The notes under the pieces are model-generated. The model was not told the origin of the DNA. It worked only from the letters and a program-made list of their open reading frames with translations, and made no database searches. A DNA stretch of 14,038 nucleotides from assembly GCA_041694815.1 (NCBI GenBank), contig JBGFSC010000039.1, positions 1 to 14,038 of the forward strand, read 5' to 3'. Origin of the DNA: Elusimicrobiota bacterium (GTDB taxonomy: Bacteria; Elusimicrobiota; Elusimicrobia; UBA1565; JACRDR01). Below are positions 1 to 6,629 of the stretch, piece by piece (position 1 is the stretch's first letter; every line of letters begins with the position of its first letter). The translations under genes and the position numbers were made by a program.

Positions 1-516
<516 letters not shown>

Positions 517-546
517 ATTCTTCGATCGAATAACGGATTGTTTAGC

Positions 547-575
547 TTGTTCTTTTGGATTCGTTTTGCTATAAT
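547..575 (+). promoter_or_regulatory. Putative sigma70 promoter in the 23S-5S spacer
   Basis: -35 TTGTTC (547-552), a 17-nt spacer, extended -10 TG (567-568) and a perfect TATAAT (570-575), in an AT-rich patch of a GC-rich window. Predicted start is near G581/A582. Confidence 0.7.
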
Positions 576-710
576 GTGACGACGTTTGGGAACGCAGAAG
601 AGGAGTTCGTTCGCGGTTTTTCGCAACGATGTACGTGTCCTGGATTTTTAGGACCACGTCCAACCAGACTCCCGCCTCAATGCCGTAAAAATCAGTTGAG
701 GAGCCAGCGA

Positions 711-830
711 GACCGGTGATATTTCCGACAGGGAAACACCCGTTCCCATTCCGAACACGGCAGTTAAGCCTGTCAGGGCCGATGGTACTAACGCCCAACT
801 CGGCGTTGAGAGAGTAGGTCGTCGCCGGTC
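711..830 (+). rRNA. rrf: 5S rRNA
   Basis: Hallmark motifs ACACCCGTTCCCATTCCGAACACGGCAGTTAAG, GCCGATGGTAC and GAGAGTAGGTCGTCGCCGG. Helix I is GACCGGTGAT/GTCGCCGGTC. Ends are approximate. Confidence 0.98.
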
Positions 831-849
831 TCGTTGGCTCCTCACGTTC

Positions 850-874
850 AAGGGACGCGAGAGCGTCCTTTTGT
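850..874 (+). terminator. Rho-independent terminator after 5S rRNA (short U-tract)
   Basis: Stem GGACGC (853-858) / GCGTCC (863-868) with a GAGA tetraloop, followed by TTTTGT. The upstream AAG can extend the stem. Confidence 0.7.
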
Positions 875-888
875 CATATAAAGGCGTG

Positions 889-1719
889 ATGCCGATTCGA
901 ATCAGAGAGGGAGCGTGCTCCCTGGTCGTGGTGTTCCTTTTGTCCGCGAGCGCGGACGCGCAGACTCTCGGTGGATCGGTCCGGCAGCTGGCTCCCGGCA
1001 CCTGGAAGCTGATTGGGTATTATCAGGGCGTCCAGGACCAGGACCTACGCTTTACGCTGCAAAGCGGCGGACCGTGTTCCGCCGGTGGTTCTTTGAATCC
1101 GAGCTTCGCCTGCGGTTCCGGGGGTAACGTGGACGCCACCGGCAGCGGCGGGGCGCTGAAGGCGATGCTGCTAGCGCAGCCGTGGGAAGGCCTTCAGTAC
1201 TACGTCTCGGCCGGTGTCGGCCGCTTTTCATTGAGCGTGCCGAGCAACACCGTCACGAACGTGCTCACGGGGGATCTGCCCGGCTATCTCTACAACGTAG
1301 GGGTGCGGGCGGTGATCATTCCCGACACGGTGGCGGGGCCGGGCGTGGCGATCGACGGCAGCTTGGGGTGGCAGCGCTACTATTTCAGCGAAATGCGCCC
1401 CTCGGGCGTGGGCCCGACGACGCAGGTCCAGCAGCGCTTGGACGTGTACCAATACCAGGTCGCGCTGGTCGCGGCGCATCGTTTCGATTTTACGGGCTCG
1501 AGATGGTTCCTCGAGCCCTACGGCGGGATCAAGTGGGTCCGGTCGGAGTCCAAGCTCAAGGACCTGCGGGGAGGCGGGCGCGTTGGGGGCATCGGCGATA
1601 CGTTCACGCCGGTGCTGGGGCTGCAGTTGCCGGTATACGAGCGCGAGCTGTTGTTCGCGGAGGCGACGTTCGTCGGCGGCTATCAATACGCCGCCGGCTT
1701 GCAAGTGAGGTTTAAATGA
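889..1719 (+). CDS. Hypothetical exported outer-membrane beta-barrel protein (about 10 strands), possible distant MOMP/PorB-like porin
   Basis: 276 aa from ATG 889 (the track's TTG 871 lies inside the terminator U-tract). It has a Sec-type signal peptide MPIRIREGACSLVVVFLLSASADA|Q, about ten amphipathic aromatic-rich strands, a C-terminal beta-signal-like YAAGLQVRF(K), and GC-rich third codon positions. Its stop overlaps the rplJ ATG. Confidence 0.8.
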   Translation: MPIRIREGACSLVVVFLLSASADAQTLGGSVRQLAPGTWKLIGYYQGVQDQDLRFTLQSGGPCSAGGSLNPSFACGSGGNVDATGSGGALKAMLLAQPWEGLQYYVSAGVGRFSLSVPSNTVTNVLTGDLPGYLYNVGVRAVIIPDTVAGPGVAIDGSLGWQRYYFSEMRPSGVGPTTQVQQRLDVYQYQVALVAAHRFDFTGSRWFLEPYGGIKWVRSESKLKDLRGGGRVGGIGDTFTPVLGLQLPVYERELLFAEATFVGGYQYAAGLQVRFK

Positions 1720-2261
1720 AGCTGACGAAAGCGCAAAAGATAGAGCAGGCCAAACAATTGGCGCAGCTGTTGGGCAAGGCGCCGAACTTATACATCACCC
1801 AGTACCAGGGGCTCAAGTTCGTCGAGCTGGCCCAATTGCGCTCGAAGCTCAAGCCCTTCTCCTCTAAGTACCGAGTGATCAAGAACAGCTTGATCGCCAA
1901 CGCCTTGAAGGAGGCGGGCATCGAGTCCGCCGACCCCAAGCTGCTCAAGGGGCCCATCGGCCTGGTCATCGCGCCCTCCGGCGACCCCGTGGGCGCCGCG
2001 AAGGCGCTGGCCGCCTTCGCCAAGGAGTTCCCGCGGCTCTTGGTCCGCGCGGGCTTCATCGGCGACAAGTGGCTTACCGCCGCCGAGTGTGCCAGGCTCT
2101 CTACGCTCGGAACTAAGCCGGAGCTCTTGAGCAAGCTGGCCGGCACCCTGTACGCGGCCGTGGCGCAGGGGGCGGGGGTGCTGCAGGCCCCGATACGGGA
2201 TTTCGTTCTCGTGCTCAAGGCGTTGGAGAAGAAGAAAGGCGAGGCCCCCGCTGCGGCGTAG
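1716..2261 (+). CDS. rplJ: 50S ribosomal protein L10 (uL10)
   Basis: Motifs YQGLKFVELAQLR, YRVIKNSL and LKGPIGL plus a C-terminal L12-binding helix. Lies directly before rplL. SD-like GAGGT at 1707-1711. Confidence 0.97.
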   Translation: MKLTKAQKIEQAKQLAQLLGKAPNLYITQYQGLKFVELAQLRSKLKPFSSKYRVIKNSLIANALKEAGIESADPKLLKGPIGLVIAPSGDPVGAAKALAAFAKEFPRLLVRAGFIGDKWLTAAECARLSTLGTKPELLSKLAGTLYAAVAQGAGVLQAPIRDFVLVLKALEKKKGEAPAAA

Positions 2262-2265
2262 GGGC

Positions 2266-2309
2266 GATAGTCCGGCGGAAGGCGCCGGGTAAACCCGCGA
2301 GGGGCTATC
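2266..2309 (+). promoter_or_regulatory. Predicted structured RNA (three-way junction) in the rplJ-rplL spacer
   Basis: GATAGT/GCTATC encloses CCGGCG/CGCCGG and CCC-GCGA-GGG. Function is unknown. Confidence 0.45.
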
Positions 2310-2331
2310 AATTAACAAGCTGGAGAGGAAC

Positions 2332-2739
2332 ATGACGACTGCGACGAAGCTGGGCAAGGAAGAGATAGTCGAGGCAATTTCGAACTTGACGGTTCTGGAG
2401 TTGGCCGACTTAGTGAAGGCGGTCGAAGAGAAGTTCGGCGTGAAGGCCGCCGCCGTGGGCGCCGTGATGGCTGCCCCGGCCGCGGGCGGAGCCGCCGCTC
2501 CCGGCGCGGGTGGAGCCGCAGAGGAGAAGACGGATTTCACCGTCGTCCTCGCGTCCGCGGGCGACAAGAAGATCCAGGTAATCAAGGTCGTGCGCGAGCT
2601 GACCGGGCTCGGCCTCAAGGAAGCCAAGGATCTCGTTGAGGGCGCGCCCAAGACGATCAAGGAAGGCGTCGCGAAGGCTCAGGCCGAGGATTGGAAGAAG
2701 AAGCTGGCCGAGACCGGCGCCACCGTCGAGTTGAAATAG
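2332..2739 (+). CDS. rplL: 50S ribosomal protein L7/L12 (bL12)
   Basis: [19 protein letters not shown], an Ala/Gly hinge, and [37 protein letters not shown] at 2322-2329. Confidence 0.99.
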   Translation: MTTATKLGKEEIVEAISNLTVLELADLVKAVEEKFGVKAAAVGAVMAAPAAGGAAAPGAGGAAEEKTDFTVVLASAGDKKIQVIKVVRELTGLGLKEAKDLVEGAPKTIKEGVAKAQAEDWKKKLAETGATVELK

Positions 2740-2746
2740 GTCCGGC

Positions 2747-2812
2747 GGGCGCCGCGGGCCCCCTTCGGGCCGGCGCCCACATCAGCCCTGCGCCCTCTTG
2801 GGGGCGCGGGGC
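2747..2812 (+). promoter_or_regulatory. Tandem GC-rich hairpins between rplL and rpoB (attenuator, processing or stability element candidate)
   Basis: GGGCGCCG (2747-2754) / CGGCGCCC (2771-2778), then a 12-bp stem at 2785-2796/2801-2812 with a CTTG loop. No true U-tract follows. Confidence 0.55.
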
Positions 2813-2843
2813 CTGTGTCGTCTAAGAGAGCGAGAGGAACTAA

Positions 2844-5800
2844 ATGAAACAGATCAACTTCGCGAAGATCCCGCAGGCCCTGGAACTCCCGGACCTGTTG
2901 GAGATGCAGAAGCGATCTTTCAAGGATTTCCTGCAGGAAGACGTCCCGGCCAAGGACCGCAAGCTCATGGGCCTCCAGGCTGCGTTCCTGGACGTCTTCC
3001 CCATCGAGTCCTCCGACGGCAGCCTTGTACTGGACTTCATCCGTTATGAGCTGGGAGACTCCAAGTACGCCAGCGCCGAGGAGGCGTCGGCGCACGATGG
3101 CACCTTCTCGCGCCCCGTCAAGGCCGTGCTGCGGCTGTCCTCGCGGCAGCCCTCCGGCAAGCTCAAGCAGATCGTCGAGCAGGAGGTCGTGCTCTGCGAA
3201 GTGCCCATCATGACGGATTCGGCCTCCTTCATTATCAACGGCGCCGAGCGCGTCGTCGTCAGCCAGCTGCACCGTTCCCCTGGCATCATCTTCGAGGAGG
3301 ACGAGGAGAAGAAGATCTCCTCCTTGGGCAAGAACCTTTTCTTCGCGCGCGTGATCCCCTACCGCGGCGCCTGGGTCGAGTTCGAGTTCGACCTCAACAA
3401 CGCCCTCTACGTCCGCATCGACCGCAAGAAGAAATTTCCCGCCACCACACTGCTGCGGGCCTGCGGCATCGAGTCGGACGCCGAGATCCTGCAGATATTC
3501 TACCCCTACGAGTCGGTGAAGGTCTCGGCCGGCGAGAAGGGCGAGCATATGCTCGGCCGCATCTGCGCCGAGGACGTCGTCGACAAGGGCTCCGGCGAGG
3601 TGCTGCTCGAGGCGCGCCACGCCGTCACGCATGAGGCGGTCAAGCGCTTTAACGAGAAAAAAGTCGAGGTGGTCAAGCTCCTCGCCGGAAACCCCGCCAA
3701 GGAAAACCCGACCATCCTCGAGACGTTGCGCAAGGACACCCTCAAGACGACCAAGGAGGCCCAACAGGACGTCTACAAAAAGCTCCGCGGCCAGGAGTTC
3801 ATCGTCCCCGGCCAGGCCGAGCGCTACCTCGACAATCTGATCTTCAAGAACCTGCGCAAGTACGACCTCTCCTACGTCGGTCGCTACAAGATATTCAAGA
3901 AACTCAAGCCCCTGCTCGAAGCCCTGGTCAAACGCAAGGATTTTCGCTTCGAGATGCCCTCCGAAAAGCGTCGCACCTTGACGGTGGAGGACATTATCGT
4001 CACGATGCAGCACGTCATCGCCTTGAACAATGGTAAGGTCTCTGACGAGATCAACGGCGTCGAGTACCGCTACGACATCGACGACATCGACAACCTTGGC
4101 AACCGCCGCGTCCGCGGCGTGGGTGAGCTGCTCGAGAATCAGATCCGCGTGGGATTGGCGCAGATGTCGCGCGTCATCCGCGACCGGATGAGCGTGCAGG
4201 ACAAGTCGCTACTCACCCCTCGCAACCTGCTCAACACCGCCCCTGTCGTGGGCATCCTGCGCAAGTTCTTCGGGACCTCGCAGCTGTCGCAGTTCATGGA
4301 CCAGATTAATCCCTTGGCCGAGATGACGCACAAACGCCGCCTCTCCGCCTTGGGGCCGGGCGGCCTGCACCGCAAGCGCGCCGGCTTCGAAGTGCGCGAC
4401 GTGCACTTCACCCATTACGGCCGCATCTGCCCCATCGAGACCCCGGAAGGCCCGAACATCGGCCTCATCACATCCCTGGCCTGCTACGCCAAGGTCAACG
4501 AGTTCGGCTTGATCGAGTCGCCCTACCGCCGCGTCTCGCGTGGCAAGCTGACCGGCGACGTCGACTTCCTGGCGGCCGACGCCGAGAACGACCAAACCGT
4601 GGCCCAGGCCAATACCCCGCTCGACAAGGAGCGACTGTCCGCCGATGGCGTCGCCTGCCGCCACCGCGGGAACTTCCCAGTCGTCCCGCCGGAGAAGGCA
4701 ACCTACATGGATATCTCTCCGATGCAGGTCGTATCCATCTCCGCGGCCCTTATTCCCTTCCTGGAGCATGATGACGCCAACCGCGCCCTCATGGGATCGA
4801 ACATGCAGCGCCAGGGCGTGCCCCTGCTCATCACGGAACCCCCTATCGTCGGCACCGGCATCGAGAGCGCCGTGGCCAGGGATTCGGGCGCCTGTATCCG
4901 GGCTAAGCGCTCGGGGCGAGTACTCTACTCGACCGGGGATCTCATCGCCGTCAACGCGGAATCCGGAAAGGAGCCGACCGTCGACGTATATACCTTAAAG
5001 AAATACCGCCGTTCCAACCAGGACACCACCGTCAACCAAGTCCCGCTCGCCCGCTCGGGCGACCGGGTCAAGGCCGGCGACGTCTTGGCCGACGGCCCGG
5101 CCACCAAGGACGGACAGCTCGCCCTTGGGCGCAACCTGCTAGTCGGCTTCATGCCTTGGGAAGGCTACAATTTCGAGGATGCCATCCTCGTCTCCGAGCG
5201 CCTGGTCAAGGAGGACGTGTTCACCTCGATCCATATATCCGAGTTTGAGATCGAGGCGCGCGATACCAAGCTGGGCTCGGAGGAGATCACGCGCGACATC
5301 CCGAACGTCGGCGTCGACGCGCTCGAGCATCTCGACGCCTCGGGCATCGTCATCCCGTCGACGACGGTGCGCCAGGGCGACATCCTAGTCGGCAAGGTCA
5401 CTCCGAAGGGCGAGCAGCAGCTCACCCCCGAGGAACGCCTGCTCAAGGTGATCTTCGGCAAGAAGGCTGAGGACGTTCAGGACGCCTCCCTGCGCGTGCC
5501 CCCGGGCGTTAGCGGCAAGGTCATCGGTGTGCGGGTGTTCGTGCGCCGGGAGAAACTGTCCAAGCCGGAGGAGAAGAAGCGGGTGGAGGCCATCGACGAG
5601 CGGCTCGAATCCGCCCTGGCCGCCTTACGCCAATATAAGAAGGAGACGCTCGAGGCACTCGAGGATGTTAAGGGATCGCGCAAGAAAGAGGAAGAGGAGC
5701 GGCTCAACCTGTTCCTTAAGCTCATGGACAAGAAGCTGCGCGACGACGCGGCCCGCGACAAGGAGCGCATCAAGCAAGGCGACGACCTGCCGGTGACCGT

Positions 5801-6629
5801 CAACAAGGTGGTCAAGGTCTACGTCGCCTCCAAGCGCAAGCTGCAGGTGGGCGACAAGCTGGCGGGGCGGCATGGGAACAAAGGGGTCGTCGCCAAGGTG
5901 CTTCCCGTCGAGGATATGCCCTTCCTGCCGGACGGCACCCCGCTCGATGTGGTGCTTTCCCCTCTAGGCGTGCCCTCGCGCATGAATGTCGGCCAATTAT
6001 TGGAGACGATGCTCGGTTGGGCCGGCCAGACCTTGGACACCCAAATGATCTGTCCTGTCTTTGACGGCGCCAAGGAGTCGGAAGTCATCGACATGATCAA
6101 GAAGGCCAAGGCGGAGCTGCGGGCCAAGGGCGTACCGGAGAAATATCTGCCGACGGACGACTGCCGTATCACCCTCTATGACGGGCGCACCGGCGAGCCG
6201 TTCCACGAGAAGGTCCAGATCGGCTATATGTACATCCTCAAGCTCATCCATTTGGTCGAGGACAAGATCCATGCCCGCTCGACCGGTCCCTACAGCCTCA
6301 TCACGCGCCAGCCGCTGGGAGGCAAGGCCCAGTTCGGCGGGCAGCGCTTCGGCGAGATGGAGGTGTGGGCCATCGAGGGCTATGGGGCGGCCAACGCCCT
6401 GCAGGAGTTTTTGACCGTCAAGTCCGACGACGTGACGGGCCGTACCAAGATGTACGAGGCGATCATCAAGGGCGAGCCTCCGACGGCGCCGGGGGTGCCG
6501 GAATCGTTCAAAGTCCTGGTCAAGGAGCTCCAGGCCCTGGGTCTGCGGGTGGAGCTGCTCAAGCTCAAGGACGGCAAGATCGTGCCTAACGAAGCCAAAC
6601 CCGAGTCGAAGAAGGAGGCGGTGAGATAA
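2844..6629 (+). CDS. rpoB: DNA-directed RNA polymerase subunit beta
   Basis: 1261 aa. Motifs [66 protein letters not shown] and [12 protein letters not shown]. Confidence 0.99.
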   Translation: MKQINFAKIPQALELPDLLEMQKRSFKDFLQEDVPAKDRKLMGLQAAFLDVFPIESSDGSLVLDFIRYELGDSKYASAEEASAHDGTFSRPVKAVLRLSSRQPSGKLKQIVEQEVVLCEVPIMTDSASFIINGAERVVVSQLHRSPGIIFEEDEEKKISSLGKNLFFARVIPYRGAWVEFEFDLNNALYVRIDRKKKFPATTLLRACGIESDAEILQIFYPYESVKVSAGEKGEHMLGRICAEDVVDKGSGEVLLEARHAVTHEAVKRFNEKKVEVVKLLAGNPAKENPTILETLRKDTLKTTKEAQQDVYKKLRGQEFIVPGQAERYLDNLIFKNLRKYDLSYVGRYKIFKKLKPLLEALVKRKDFRFEMPSEKRRTLTVEDIIVTMQHVIALNNGKVSDEINGVEYRYDIDDIDNLGNRRVRGVGELLENQIRVGLAQMSRVIRDRMSVQDKSLLTPRNLLNTAPVVGILRKFFGTSQLSQFMDQINPLAEMTHKRRLSALGPGGLHRKRAGFEVRDVHFTHYGRICPIETPEGPNIGLITSLACYAKVNEFGLIESPYRRVSRGKLTGDVDFLAADAENDQTVAQANTPLDKERLSADGVACRHRGNFPVVPPEKATYMDISPMQVVSISAALIPFLEHDDANRALMGSNMQRQGVPLLITEPPIVGTGIESAVARDSGACIRAKRSGRVLYSTGDLIAVNAESGKEPTVDVYTLKKYRRSNQDTTVNQVPLARSGDRVKAGDVLADGPATKDGQLALGRNLLVGFMPWEGYNFEDAILVSERLVKEDVFTSIHISEFEIEARDTKLGSEEITRDIPNVGVDALEHLDASGIVIPSTTVRQGDILVGKVTPKGEQQLTPEERLLKVIFGKKAEDVQDASLRVPPGVSGKVIGVRVFVRREKLSKPEEKKRVEAIDERLESALAALRQYKKETLEALEDVKGSRKKEEEERLNLFLKLMDKKLRDDAARDKERIKQGDDLPVTVNKVVKVYVASKRKLQVGDKLAGRHGNKGVVAKVLPVEDMPFLPDGTPLDVVLSPLGVPSRMNVGQLLETMLGWAGQTLDTQMICPVFDGAKESEVIDMIKKAKAELRAKGVPEKYLPTDDCRITLYDGRTGEPFHEKVQIGYMYILKLIHLVEDKIHARSTGPYSLITRQPLGGKAQFGGQRFGEMEVWAIEGYGAANALQEFLTVKSDDVTGRTKMYEAIIKGEPPTAPGVPESFKVLVKELQALGLRVELLKLKDGKIVPNEAKPESKKEAVR

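Noticed and set aside
596..632. SD-like AGAAGAGGAG in the 23S-5S spacer suggesting a leader peptide
   Set aside because: No start codon at a usable spacing; the nearest ATG (629) is about 23 nt away.
517..710. Possible tRNA in the 23S-5S spacer
   Set aside because: No cloverleaf or properly placed T-loop and acceptor stem.
871..888. TTG start at 871 for the OMP-like ORF
   Set aside because: It lies in the terminator U-tract with no SD. ATG 889 gives a normal-length signal peptide.
871..900. TTGTCA (871-876) as a -35 element
   Set aside because: No -10-like hexamer 16-18 nt downstream.
521..923. Short palindromes TTCGATCGAA (521-530), GATTCGAATC (894-903) and AGGGAGCGTGCTCCCT (908-923) as operators
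   Set aside because: They are short, do not share one motif and can arise by chance; no supporting evidence.
4266..4355. Rifampicin-resistance substitutions in RpoB cluster I
   Set aside because: The Q513, D516, H526 and S531 equivalents are all wild type.
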